From the NCBI GenBank assembly GCA_038065275.1, contig JBBTRH010000013.1, forward strand, positions 32,106 through 96,105: a stretch of DNA of 64,000 nucleotides. Reading direction: 5' to 3'. The position numbers were made by a program, and so were the translations under genes. This document shows, in pieces, positions 47,410-61,676 of the stretch (position 1 is the stretch's first letter; each line of letters begins with the position of its first letter). This stretch comes from Patescibacteria group bacterium. Its GTDB lineage: Bacteria > Patescibacteriota > Patescibacteriia > SBBC01 > CAIJZX01. The notes beneath the pieces are model-generated. The model worked only from the letters and a program-made list of their open reading frames with translations. It did no database searches and had not been told where the DNA came from.

Positions 47410-47934
47410 ATGGCTAAGACCACGTTTGACGCCTATGGCAATGACCCGTGTATGCCGCTCATTACCACCCAGCAACTGGCGGAAGTCTTCTGCCGATCGT
47501 TCGCGCGGTCGGACACGGAAGCCGTCGAGCGGATGATCGACCGCGAATTGACGCATGACCACCGGTACATCCTCGGGCGCGTCGATGAACGACTCGCCGG
47601 TTTCGTCAGCTGGCGTCGCTGGGGGGAAGACCGGCACCGGTTAGCCGAGCTTTTCCATATCGGCGTCGACCTTGCCAACCCGGAGGCATCGGGGCTTGGA
47701 CGCCAGTTGATCGGCGCGATGGAAGAAGACGTCCATGCCTACTTTCGTCTTCACGGTCAGCTCGGAGGGCGGAAGATCTTCATCCTGACCCACGCCGACA
47801 ACTATCGCGCCCATAACCTCTACCGCCGGTGCGGGTACCGGCACCAGGCCACGCTGCCGGCATTCTTCCACTCCCGCATCGACGCGGTCAGTACCGGCGA
47901 GGAGTATTACTTCGCCCGGGATTTCCCCGGGTAA
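47410..47934 (+). CDS. GNAT family acetyltransferase
   Basis: AELFHIGV, GLGRQLI, THADNYRAHNLYRRCGY. Confidence 0.8.
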   Translation: MAKTTFDAYGNDPCMPLITTQQLAEVFCRSFARSDTEAVERMIDRELTHDHRYILGRVDERLAGFVSWRRWGEDRHRLAELFHIGVDLANPEASGLGRQLIGAMEEDVHAYFRLHGQLGGRKIFILTHADNYRAHNLYRRCGYRHQATLPAFFHSRIDAVSTGEEYYFARDFPG

Positions 47935-48227
47935 GATGCGCCGGGCCCTTGACCGCCGGCGCTTCACGTATTAGGCTTCCGGTTGCATCCCGCTCCACAT
48001 CAGGACCAGTACAGCGGAGGGCCATGGCGCGAGAACGAGCCGGCCTCAGAGCCGAGCGGTGAGCAGTGGTTCGCAGTTCGTCGCAAAAAAACCAAATACG
48101 CCCAGTCAAACCCGGCGCCAACCATGGGAATCCATGTGCTGGCGTCCGGGTTCTTTTTTTGGAGATACTCAGCGCGGCCGGGTATTCGCCCGGCCGCGCC
48201 TATTCATTAACTTAACTGCGCCAGCGG

Positions 48228-49895
<1,668 letters not shown>

Positions 49896-49931
49896 TTAAC
49901 TAACAATTTAACAAACTAACGAGCTAATGAG

Positions 49932-50222
49932 CTAGTTCAATATTCCGACCAGGTCGTCCTCATCGGCGATCATGTAGTCGGCACCGTCGATCTTGACCTT
50001 TTCGGTGCCGTACTTTTTTAGAATCACTTTGTCGCCGACCTTGATCTCCGCCGGTAGTTCCTTCCCATGGTCGATTTTCGGCGCGCCGACGGCGATGATT
50101 TCGCCGCGTTCGAGCTCTTCCTTCTCGACCGTATCCGGCAGGACGATGCCCGACTTGGTCATTTTCTCTTCTTTGATCAGCTTGATCAGGGTCTTGCCCC
50201 GCATCGGTTTTAGTGTCGTCAT
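49932..50222 (-). CDS. groS: Co-chaperonin GroES
   Basis: TKSGIVLPD, GEIIAVG, KVGDKV..KYG. Confidence 0.95.
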   Translation of the reverse strand: MTTLKPMRGKTLIKLIKEEKMTKSGIVLPDTVEKEELERGEIIAVGAPKIDHGKELPAEIKVGDKVILKKYGTEKVKIDGADYMIADEDDLVGILN

Positions 50223-50223
50223 A

Positions 50224-50298
50224 TCCCGTTAGAGACTTAGTTCAATAAGATGTTGTGCCCCATCAGGTTACCCTTTGACGAAGGGGTCTCTAACGGGA
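50224..50298. mobile_element. MITE-like element family A, copy A5, at the groES start codon
   Basis: tcccgttagagac / gtctctaacggga; flanks cata/catg. Confidence 0.85.
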
Positions 50299-50373
50299 CA
50301 TGGGCTTCTTAAACCTTAGGAAATAAACTGGTAAATGTTGGTCAGGTTGTAGATGTTCACAGAAAATCCACAA

Positions 50374-50400
50374 TTAGCAGTCTACAGGATAGAGTGCTAA
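50374..50400 (-). promoter_or_regulatory. CIRCE element (HrcA operator)
   Basis: TTAGCACTC-N9-GACTGCTAA directly behind TTGACA, upstream of groES. Confidence 0.9.
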
Positions 50401-50408
50401 TCTGTCAA

Positions 50409-50509
50409 CCCAGCACCACTTTTGTCTAGTTTTAGCGTGCGCTAGGTATCTTGCTTTCTGAGTTTAATGAGTTTTTCTGCGGCAATAAGCGAGGAAAAGT
50501 GGTGCTGGG
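50409..50509. mobile_element. MITE-like element family B, copy B3, in the groE -35 box
   Basis: IR cccagcaccactttt / aaaagtggtgctggg; TCAA direct repeat. Confidence 0.88.
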
Positions 50510-50667
50510 TCAACTTAACGAAAAGACTCGAAAGCCCTCGAGGGGGTTGACAAATTTTGTTTTTTTGCTAGAGTCCAAAGCTACTTGACTGTCCCTTCCT
50601 GCTGACCGGTTGTTGCGGTTAGCTCCTTGATATCCTACGTAGCACACGTCCACCATGGAGGTGCTTC

Positions 50668-51411
50668 ATGTCCAACCAGCCCGACACGCGCAGTCCTGAT
50701 TTGCTGGCCGGAATTCCCACCGAATTCACCACGGTGGCTGGCGCAGCTAACATGATCGCTAAGATGGCTCAGATCAAAGCGCTTCGCCCAACGGCCGAAC
50801 GCTGGTTCCAGCGGTACGACTTGCCGGTGCAACTTGATCTGATCCGTAGCCTGCGGCAGGATTCGACCTCGGCCCGGGAGCTGATCTACTTGGTGCCCGA
50901 TGCCAAGGTGTTCCTGACCCGGCTCGAGGTACCGTTCCTGCGTCGTTTGTGCGACGAGCGCGGTGCGCTGATCGCTGAGCTCACCCCGGTACAGTTGCTC
51001 ACGCTTCTGCGGTCGGTCAACAACGACGAGGCGCGACTGGCTTGGCTGACCATGATCTGTGACGCCTTCCAGGAGCACGAGGATCGTTTTCTCGACTTCC
51101 TCGACGGGATCGAGGTGGCGGAGGTTGCGGCCTGGTACTCGGTCTTGATCGCAGAGTGGGACGAGGAACTGTACGTCAGTGCTGAACAGGACCCGAAGAC
51201 CTTCGAGCCCTACTTCCACGACGGCTTTGAGTTCCTGATGGCCTTGTACGAGTGCCGGCCGGAGCTCTACCGTCAGGTCGTCAAGAACATCATGCTCGAC
51301 ATTCGCGCCGATCACGAGGCAACCAGCTTCAGCCAGTCCGAGGAGGAAATGCGGCTGACCTGGAGCGAATACACTGACGATCTGGTTGCGACTGACGACG
51401 GCCAGGAGTAA
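50668..51411 (+). CDS. Hypothetical protein (acidic, helical)
   Basis: 247 aa with GGAGG SD. Confidence 0.75.
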   Translation: MSNQPDTRSPDLLAGIPTEFTTVAGAANMIAKMAQIKALRPTAERWFQRYDLPVQLDLIRSLRQDSTSARELIYLVPDAKVFLTRLEVPFLRRLCDERGALIAELTPVQLLTLLRSVNNDEARLAWLTMICDAFQEHEDRFLDFLDGIEVAEVAAWYSVLIAEWDEELYVSAEQDPKTFEPYFHDGFEFLMALYECRPELYRQVVKNIMLDIRADHEATSFSQSEEEMRLTWSEYTDDLVATDDGQE

Positions 51412-51420
51412 GGAGACGCC

Positions 51421-52725
51421 ATGATTACCACCCGTGCAATATCGGCGGCCGTTCCCGAGGAACGGCCGCCGACGTACCTCGAGCTTGTCCTTCGTCGAGC
51501 GATCGACCTCGGACTCGCTCCGTCCACCGCCGCAGTCACGTTCGATCAGAAGATCATGGAACTGGCCGAGTTGGTGGCCGATTCTGCCACCAGTAAGACC
51601 TCGCCGACCGACGAACAGATTCGCGGTGCCATAGTGATCGTCATGACTCGGCTGGCGTACGCCCTGCGGTCCCGGGCGGGATCCGATCTTGACCAGGCGG
51701 CCCACGTTCTGGCCACGCAACCCTACGACGAACTCCTCGCCACTGGCCGGGAGATCGAGCAGAACTTCAAGCTAATGGTCGAAGGGCTCAAGAGCGCGGC
51801 CTTCAAAAAACTGCGCCGCTTGTCGGTCGAGTATCGCGCGGATACATCCCTTCTCGAATACACCGACGAGTTCGGTATCGAGTGGGTGGGCCACTACGCT
51901 TCCTCGAAGAGGGGGCGACAAGATTTCACCGAGGCCACGCTACGGTTGATGAAGATGCGGCATATGATCGAGATCGGACGAGTTTTGGAGGAAGCTCACC
52001 CGTCCTTCTTCAACCAGCACTACCGCGGTCGGTATGACCAGTGTCTCGGTAACCTGGCGGTCAATCTCGCACTACATCGGGAATTGACGACTAGGGTCAC
52101 CGTCAGTGAGATTCGTCACTTTCTCATGCGGTTCACTACTGAGACTGTCGACGCAACCTCACTCGACCAAATTGGCCAGATGCTAGGTGACCATCTCCGC
52201 TGGAAAGGCATCAAAATTGACACCTACGAATGGTTCATCGGCTGGATCTGGCCAGGATTGACGAGCTACTGGCGGATGATGGCGACATTCCCAGTTACCT
52301 ATGCCATCTGTGTCGCCAGCGAGACGTTCATTCCGGATCGTCCGTCAAAGCCGGAAACGTTGACCTTCGAGCGGGTAACGTCGACCGGCGTCAAGGACCT
52401 AGCGGAGGTATTCATCCGTATTTCCGTCAAGGACCAGTGCGAGGTCGTGCATGACCTTGATGGGCAAGTGGTGTACGTGCTTCTTCTCCGGTTGAACGAG
52501 ATGAACGGAGAGGAAGCGGTGGCGGAATTCCTCGAGAAGGCTCGGCGAGAAGACGTCGCTAAAGCACTGGCTTTCATGCCGTCGTTCAGCGTCGAAGACC
52601 TCGTCCACCCGCGGCCGGAACTCCCGGATTGGCTCAAGCTCGCAATCGAGCACCTCCAGGAAAAACCACCCCGTCGACTCGTTCTCGAACGGATGATCAC
52701 CAAGCTACGTCAACGTACCCCTTAA
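51421..52725 (+). CDS. Hypothetical protein
   Basis: 434 aa with AAGGAG SD, coupled to the upstream gene. Confidence 0.75.
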   Translation: MITTRAISAAVPEERPPTYLELVLRRAIDLGLAPSTAAVTFDQKIMELAELVADSATSKTSPTDEQIRGAIVIVMTRLAYALRSRAGSDLDQAAHVLATQPYDELLATGREIEQNFKLMVEGLKSAAFKKLRRLSVEYRADTSLLEYTDEFGIEWVGHYASSKRGRQDFTEATLRLMKMRHMIEIGRVLEEAHPSFFNQHYRGRYDQCLGNLAVNLALHRELTTRVTVSEIRHFLMRFTTETVDATSLDQIGQMLGDHLRWKGIKIDTYEWFIGWIWPGLTSYWRMMATFPVTYAICVASETFIPDRPSKPETLTFERVTSTGVKDLAEVFIRISVKDQCEVVHDLDGQVVYVLLLRLNEMNGEEAVAEFLEKARREDVAKALAFMPSFSVEDLVHPRPELPDWLKLAIEHLQEKPPRRLVLERMITKLRQRTP

Positions 52726-52759
52726 CCGGACGATTCCTGTCCGGTTTTTTCTTTCTTTT
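52724..52759 (+). terminator. Intrinsic terminator
   Basis: aaccggac..gtccggtt stem followed by a T-run. Confidence 0.75.
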
Positions 52760-52963
52760 AGGACTTGGTCTTTGCTATTAACTCGTCTTTTTTGAATGAT
52801 TTTGAACGATTTTGGCTAACTGATGAGGCAAAAACTAGCTAATTCTCGTCGAGGAAGCGGGCTTCAAGCGTCGTTAAATATCAAGTGCGTAAGTCCTATA
52901 ATTATTTACTTTAGAGAACATCGATTCGCTACTATATTGACGGGGAGGTCGGGGTGGTAGGGC

Positions 52964-54559
52964 TCAACGCAAATCCAATAATATAAATGGTGGTAATTTT
53001 ACCAGCCTCTTCCCTGCCGTATTCAACGGCGCGTTTTTTTCTTCCGTCGTCGTCAGCACCAACGGCGTCGGCGGCGGGGTTCCCGATGCATACTCAGCGC
53101 TATGCGTGTCGAGGCGCAGGATATAGAAGTAACCGGCCGGTTGTTTCTTCAACTTCGTCCCAATCAGCGACAGTTCGTTCGCTTTTTCCTGAGCGACACG
53201 ATTTGCAATGGTTTTGAGCGGCAATGCCGCCGGCAGGGCGCGAATATATCGGCCGGTCCAAGTTAGAGCAACGATTCCCATTACTCCCCCGCTCAACCCC
53301 AATATCCATTGCCGTCGGCTACAGCGCCGGCGGGCCAGCAGGGCGGCGGCGATGGCCGTCGCGACGGTCGCCGCCACCCCGAATAATATTTGCCCGGGGA
53401 TCGTCTGCCAAAACACCCGCCTCAGGCCGCGCCCCACCGGAATATGGGCCAGGACATTGCGCACAGTCGTGTCCGTCAGCAGATGACCGAACATGGCGGC
53501 GATACTAACCAGGCCCAGCGCTTGCATCCACCGCGGTTGACGCTCGGACCACCACGCCGCGGCGCCCCTGGCCAGAAGCATCGCCGCGGCCGGGTAGAGC
53601 GGCAGGATATACCACTCGCGGCGGGTTTGGATCAGGCTGAAAATAATCAGGGTAACCGCAAACCACAACAGGAGCAACCGGTCTAGACCGTTTTTTTCCG
53701 GCCCCGCCCGTCGTCCCGCTAAGACCATCGCCAACGGCAGAAAGAAACTGAACGGCCAGAACCGGTCACGGATGATGCCGAGGTACCAATGCCACGGCGT
53801 CGCGGTGAACAACGATTCAGTGGTGCGTTCGATCACGCTCAATCCGAGGTAACTGTCCCAAAATGAGCGGCCAAATCGCACCGTTTCAATAATGTGCCAC
53901 GGCGCGGCCAGCGCCACGAATGCAGCCGCGGCCCAAGCGATGTTTCCCCACCCGATCCGCCGCCAGCCGCGGCTGACGAGAATATCGATCCCGACAATGA
54001 TCAGCGGCAGGAGCCCGACTAACGACTTGGTCATCACCGCCGCGGCGCCGGCCGCGCCCCAAACGATGATCCATCGTGGCGTGGCTAAACTGCGCCAGTA
54101 TCCGTACATGGCCAGGACAATCAAGAATGTCAGCAAGCCGTCTAAATCCCCGCTTCGGAAGGCGTGGATTAGCGCGAATCGTCCCAACACAAACAGCCCG
54201 CCGGCCAGCCAGGCGACCGAACGTTTCTGCGTCGCCTGCCAGCCCCAGAGCGCCAGTAACACGGCCGTTCCCGCCCCGGCCAGCGCCGACCACAGCCGCA
54301 TCGCCAACTCCGTCGGTCCGAAGACGCCGATCAGCGGGTACGTCAACCAGAACTGTAGCGGCGGTTTCTCCAAGAAATCTTTGCCGAAGTAGGTCAGCTT
54401 GGTCCAGTCGTGCGACCGGAATAACTCGAGGTTCACATTCGCGTAAATCCCTTCATCCCAGTTCGTCAGCGGGACGCTATTCAGCCGCCAACCGAATATC
54501 ACGAGCGCCAAGGCGAGCACCGGAATCCAGACTGATCGCGGCCAAAACGTTGACATCAC
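52964..54559 (-). CDS. ArnT/PMT-like GT-C glycosyltransferase
   Basis: WDEGIY, EKPPL, RLWSA, multiple TMs, YILPLYP. Confidence 0.88.
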   Translation of the reverse strand: MMSTFWPRSVWIPVLALALVIFGWRLNSVPLTNWDEGIYANVNLELFRSHDWTKLTYFGKDFLEKPPLQFWLTYPLIGVFGPTELAMRLWSALAGAGTAVLLALWGWQATQKRSVAWLAGGLFVLGRFALIHAFRSGDLDGLLTFLIVLAMYGYWRSLATPRWIIVWGAAGAAAVMTKSLVGLLPLIIVGIDILVSRGWRRIGWGNIAWAAAAFVALAAPWHIIETVRFGRSFWDSYLGLSVIERTTESLFTATPWHWYLGIIRDRFWPFSFFLPLAMVLAGRRAGPEKNGLDRLLLLWFAVTLIIFSLIQTRREWYILPLYPAAAMLLARGAAAWWSERQPRWMQALGLVSIAAMFGHLLTDTTVRNVLAHIPVGRGLRRVFWQTIPGQILFGVAATVATAIAAALLARRRCSRRQWILGLSGGVMGIVALTWTGRYIRALPAALPLKTIANRVAQEKANELSLIGTKLKKQPAGYFYILRLDTHSAEYASGTPPPTPLVLTTTEEKNAPLNTAGKRLVKLPPFILLDLR

Positions 54560-55623
54560 TCGGCTAAACCAAGTTCAACTAAACGGCGCCGGAACCGCTC
54601 ATTATATTCCTGGCGCCGATCCAGCTCATGAAATTTCAGCACGTCTTCCGAGATAACGACTTCCGTGGTACCGAGTTTTGCTTTGCTCTCAATGTTCTTC
54701 TCCATCTTCTTCAACTGCCGGTCACGCGCCCATGATTCAAGCCAGTGTCCAATTGGCGATGCCAAGAAAATTTCGTAAAACTGCTTGATGACGCGCAGTC
54801 CCGGGTTCGGTACCAGGAGTCTCGTCGGCCATTTCCAGACCCAAGCGTTTGGCAGAAGCTTCATCACCCAGTCGTTCGCTTGGCGGTATCGCTCGTAGGT
54901 ACCGTCATCGAGCAACGGCACCGCTTGCGCCGTCCAGAAGGTGAAGTGGATGTCCGGATCCGCACTTTTCAACGCCGAAAAATCCATGCCGTCAGTCGTG
55001 ACATAAAAACTCAAGCACACGCGGCCGGCGATGGTCGTTCCGTGCCGTCGATAGCCGAGCAGTGACACGATGCCGGTGACGATCATCCGCGCGATCCAGA
55101 TGTGGCGCGGGGCGGTGACGATCAGGAGATCGATGTCGCTGGCTGGCCGGGCGTTATCGATAGCCAGCGTGTTCACCACCGCGATCATCTTGACGAACGG
55201 GACTAGTTCAAGGAACCGCGCGGTCGAGGCGGCGCGGCGCCAAAGTTTGGCGTTGGCCGGCATCCGTTCGATTCTGGTATCGACGATCGACTGCCGCCCC
55301 GGGCAGAATACGTAGGCGCCGCGCCGCTCGAGTTTCCCCTCTTTGGCCAGCATCTCAACTTCGCGCTGGACGTCAGCGACGGTGACCGCGCTCAAGTTCG
55401 AGTTCGGGGGAGGATACAACCACCGCCACGCCTCCTCGACCGTCAACGGATAATCAAATGTGTCGTAGTAAACCAGCGCGCGGATGATTGAGGCTTGAAG
55501 AATTGACCCCGTTAGAGGCGAGCGTGGCTTACCAGCCCAGCCAGTATAATCTAGGATGCTGGGAAAATCAGCAGATCTTTCAGTGTCAGTATTCGCCTCT
55601 AACGGGGTTGACGTACGGTACAT
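54556..55623 (-). CDS. Conserved hypothetical protein with nucleotidyltransferase-like motif
   Basis: YYDTFDYPLT, PFVKMIAV, SDIDLLIV, CLSFY; N-terminus carries an in-frame element. Confidence 0.8.
   Translation of the reverse strand: MYRTSTPLEANTDTERSADFPSILDYTGWAGKPRSPLTGSILQASIIRALVYYDTFDYPLTVEEAWRWLYPPPNSNLSAVTVADVQREVEMLAKEGKLERRGAYVFCPGRQSIVDTRIERMPANAKLWRRAASTARFLELVPFVKMIAVVNTLAIDNARPASDIDLLIVTAPRHIWIARMIVTGIVSLLGYRRHGTTIAGRVCLSFYVTTDGMDFSALKSADPDIHFTFWTAQAVPLLDDGTYERYRQANDWVMKLLPNAWVWKWPTRLLVPNPGLRVIKQFYEIFLASPIGHWLESWARDRQLKKMEKNIESKAKLGTTEVVISEDVLKFHELDRRQEYNERFRRRLVELGLAE
55507..55607. mobile_element. MITE-like element family A, copy A6, in-frame in a CDS
   Basis: ccccgttagaggcga / tcgcctctaacgggg; TTGA direct repeat; 101+4=105 nt. 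Confidence 0.88.
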
Positions 55624-55741
55624 AATATGATAGGGTCGGGGCGCATAATTCCCGGCATCCCAGTGACTGGGGACTGAGGAAGTATAGCACCCCCGCTCTT
55701 TACCCATCTACCCCGACTGGGGTTCAAGAAAGAGGCAAATA

Positions 55742-56026
55742 ATGTTAGTCCTGACTCGTAAGCTCGGCGAGATTATCCGCGTCGGGGATGCGGTGAAAAT
55801 CACGATCCTCGAAATAAGATCCGGGCAGGTTAAGTTGGGCATTGAGGCTCCGCCCGAGATAAAAGTACATCGGGAGGAGGTCTACGCTCGTATTCAGGAG
55901 AACCGCCGCGCCGGGCGAAAATCCAGCGCCGGACCGGATCAGCCGTCTACCGCTCGACCTGACGACACGACTCGCGGCCCCCTGTTCCTCCGCCTGATCA
56001 AGGGCCGCAAGACTAAGCCCGCCTAA
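55742..56026 (+). CDS. csrA: Carbon storage regulator CsrA
   Basis: [17 protein letters not shown]....[18 protein letters not shown]. Confidence 0.92.
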   Translation: MLVLTRKLGEIIRVGDAVKITILEIRSGQVKLGIEAPPEIKVHREEVYARIQENRRAGRKSSAGPDQPSTARPDDTTRGPLFLRLIKGRKTKPA

Positions 56027-56039
56027 CGCCCCTTGCTTC

Positions 56040-56070
56040 CCCCCATCACTCGCGAGTGACGGGGTTTTTT
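56040..56070 (+). terminator. Intrinsic terminator after csrA
   Basis: cccc-atcactcgcgagtgac-gggg stem followed by tttttt. Confidence 0.7.
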
Positions 56071-56226
56071 ATACTCCTCCCCTGTACTCAGGGGATGGGG
56101 AGGAAGTGAAGCCGAGCGAAGCGAGAGCTGAACGACGGAGAGGGGTGTATTTCCCCCGGTACTCAGGGGGTTGGGTGTGAGTCCCAGATCGGAGGGACGA
56201 GAAGGGGGCCGGGGCGAGAGCGCGCT

Positions 56227-59241
<3,015 letters not shown>

Positions 59242-59447
59242 GACTGAGAAAAAGTAGACAAAGACGACGGACAGTATACATCCGGTGTCAAGTTCAGTCA
59301 ATGTGTGATGCCAAGTCTGGCAAAAAGGCTAATAATCTCCTATGAGACGCATAGTGCCAGACCGCGTAAGCGAAGCTTTAATTTTAGTCAAAGGGGGGGG
59401 TCGAGAGCTAACCACTCACCAGGCCTAGCCTGTGCTACACTAGCCCA

Positions 59448-60851
59448 ATGGATCATCATCGGAGCCACCAACTGTGGCTGGCAGAACAAGAAACGGTCCG
59501 GAAACTTCGAGCTGAGCGGCCGGAGTTGAACGACTACGTTGGTGAGTTCCAGCATCAAGATATCCTTCATCACATCGGGATTACTACCATCCCGGTCGGC
59601 CTCCCAATCGGGTATATCCGCTTCAGACCGGAAGACTTTATCGTTGAAGAAATTGATACTACCGGTAAACTTGCCACCATTGAGCCCGAATCAACCGCTT
59701 TGATTGCTGGCGACGATCGCCGAACCCTGTACTGTCAGTTGATAAAAATCGGCATCGCTACCCCTGAAGCGCTCGATCGGCTCAGTATTGCGACTGGAAT
59801 TGACCGCCGACGAATCGGGTACGCTGGTCTGAAAGATGCCGGAGCGGTTACCAGCCAAAATATCAGCCTCCGTGGCAGTCAGTATGAAACTGTCCATCGT
59901 GAACAAATTGAGAATGTTCTCCTCAAGCGGTTTCGATATGGCTCCGGGACAATTGCCAACGGTGATTTGCGGGGAAATCGGTTCACCCTAACCATTCGTA
60001 CCGAACAACCGATTGAACAAGCGCAACTCGACGATTACTGCCGGCATCTCAGTAAAGGCGTGGTAAACTTCTACGGGCCACAACGCTTCGGTAACCGTTG
60101 GCTCAGCCACTATTTCGGACGATACGTCCTCCGCGGTCAATACGAGAAGGCAGTGATTAGTTTCTTGACCGACGTGAATGCCGGCGAACGGAAGTACATC
60201 GGTTTGGTGCGTCAGTCTGTTCGCGAGCACTCGAAGGACTGGGCTTTCTCCGAAGAGGCATACAGCGTCTACCCGTATTCATTCCAACACGAATTGACCG
60301 TCGTGCGCTACCTGCATGAACATCCCGACGACTGGCTTGGCGCGCTGTCATCCATATCGGAACAAACTCGCCTGTGGATCTATGCGTACATGAGTTGGCT
60401 CGTCAACCAAACAATGTCCGATCTCACCTCAAGTGGACAACAGCTCCCGCGTGCGTTGCCTGTTCCGCTCAGCACGCAGGTCAACGATCAATTGCCGTAC
60501 CGCGGACTCCTTGAGCAGGACGGCCTGTCGCAGAACTTCGTTGCTAACCTTCGTCCGTTGCCGTTTATTCGGCCGCAGACGCGGTACCTAGAAACAATCG
60601 TCGTACCGAAATTCCACGGACAACTTACACACCCGATTGGGTGTGTACTTTCATTTGACTTACCGGCGGGAGCATACGCCACAACCATGCTCATGAACCT
60701 CTTCACACTCGAGAGCGGTCAACCCGCTCCGTCATGGATCAAGCCTGATGAACTCGACGCGAAAGAACTCCTTGGTACTGGTAGCATCCAACAACTGAAA
60801 CGGCAGTACGGACAGTACTTCACGGTTAAAGACATTTCCGAAAACGAATAA
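59448..60851 (+). CDS. truD: tRNA pseudouridine(13) synthase
   Basis: PEDFIVEE, YAGLKD, GDLRGNRF, NFYGPQRFG, FDLPAGAYAT. Confidence 0.92.
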   Translation: MDHHRSHQLWLAEQETVRKLRAERPELNDYVGEFQHQDILHHIGITTIPVGLPIGYIRFRPEDFIVEEIDTTGKLATIEPESTALIAGDDRRTLYCQLIKIGIATPEALDRLSIATGIDRRRIGYAGLKDAGAVTSQNISLRGSQYETVHREQIENVLLKRFRYGSGTIANGDLRGNRFTLTIRTEQPIEQAQLDDYCRHLSKGVVNFYGPQRFGNRWLSHYFGRYVLRGQYEKAVISFLTDVNAGERKYIGLVRQSVREHSKDWAFSEEAYSVYPYSFQHELTVVRYLHEHPDDWLGALSSISEQTRLWIYAYMSWLVNQTMSDLTSSGQQLPRALPVPLSTQVNDQLPYRGLLEQDGLSQNFVANLRPLPFIRPQTRYLETIVVPKFHGQLTHPIGCVLSFDLPAGAYATTMLMNLFTLESGQPAPSWIKPDELDAKELLGTGSIQQLKRQYGQYFTVKDISENE

Positions 60852-60931
60852 GTGAAAGAGCCAGGTGCTTGCGCAGAGCTGGCTCTCGGTCGAAGGTGCG
60901 GCGAGCTGGTTAGCTGGCCGCGATCCGGCCG

Positions 60932-61486
60932 CTACGCCCTAGAGGGGGTCTCGATGGCCACCTCGAGCTTGGCGGGTGCGTCCCCGGCCGGGTGCCGGTG
61001 GTTGGCGTTGACGGTGACCGTCGACGTCCCGTCCAGCTGGGGGTTGACCCAGACGTGGACGAACTCGTAGGCCATCAGCATCCGCTTGGCCCAGTCGATC
61101 GACTCGGACGAAGCGGCGTCCGCGTGGTTCGGGCGCAGACAGATGACGGTGACCGGTTTCTTCTGGCCGGGACGCCGCTTGTCTGCGATCTCCTCCCAGT
61201 GCACGTCGCTGACGACGCAGCCCTGGGCAGCACACTGGTCGATCAGGCCGGCCAGATCGAGGAACTCGTTGTTGATGACCTGGCGGCCGGTGTCGATTAT
61301 ACCGGGACGAACGGCTCTCGGCGCGACGCCGACCTCCGCCGCCAGCTCAGCGTGCTTAGCCACGATCTTCGCCTCGTCGCGGCGCCCGAAGGGGATATTG
61401 TCGTCCTCCTTGGGACGAAGGCCGAAGAGCTTGACCAGAACCAGCCCGGTGTTCGCCGGGATTTGCAGGAGCCGGATGGACTGCAT
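60932..61486 (-). CDS. Hypothetical protein
   Basis: 184 aa, GGAGG SD, GC3-rich codons. Confidence 0.65.
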   Translation of the reverse strand: MQSIRLLQIPANTGLVLVKLFGLRPKEDDNIPFGRRDEAKIVAKHAELAAEVGVAPRAVRPGIIDTGRQVINNEFLDLAGLIDQCAAQGCVVSDVHWEEIADKRRPGQKKPVTVICLRPNHADAASSESIDWAKRMLMAYEFVHVWVNPQLDGTSTVTVNANHRHPAGDAPAKLEVAIETPSRA

Positions 61487-61676
61487 GAAGAACCTCCAGG
61501 GTTTAGGATTGAACTACATGCGAAGACCCCATACAGGCGGCCCGGATTGAATTCAGAAAGGACGACCAGACCGAGCAGGATATCATTGTTAATGAAATAA
61601 GTCAAGACCTTTCCTGCACAAATTCCCCAACCTTAGCCAAAATCTCCATTTTCAAGACGTGATATACTAAACTAAT

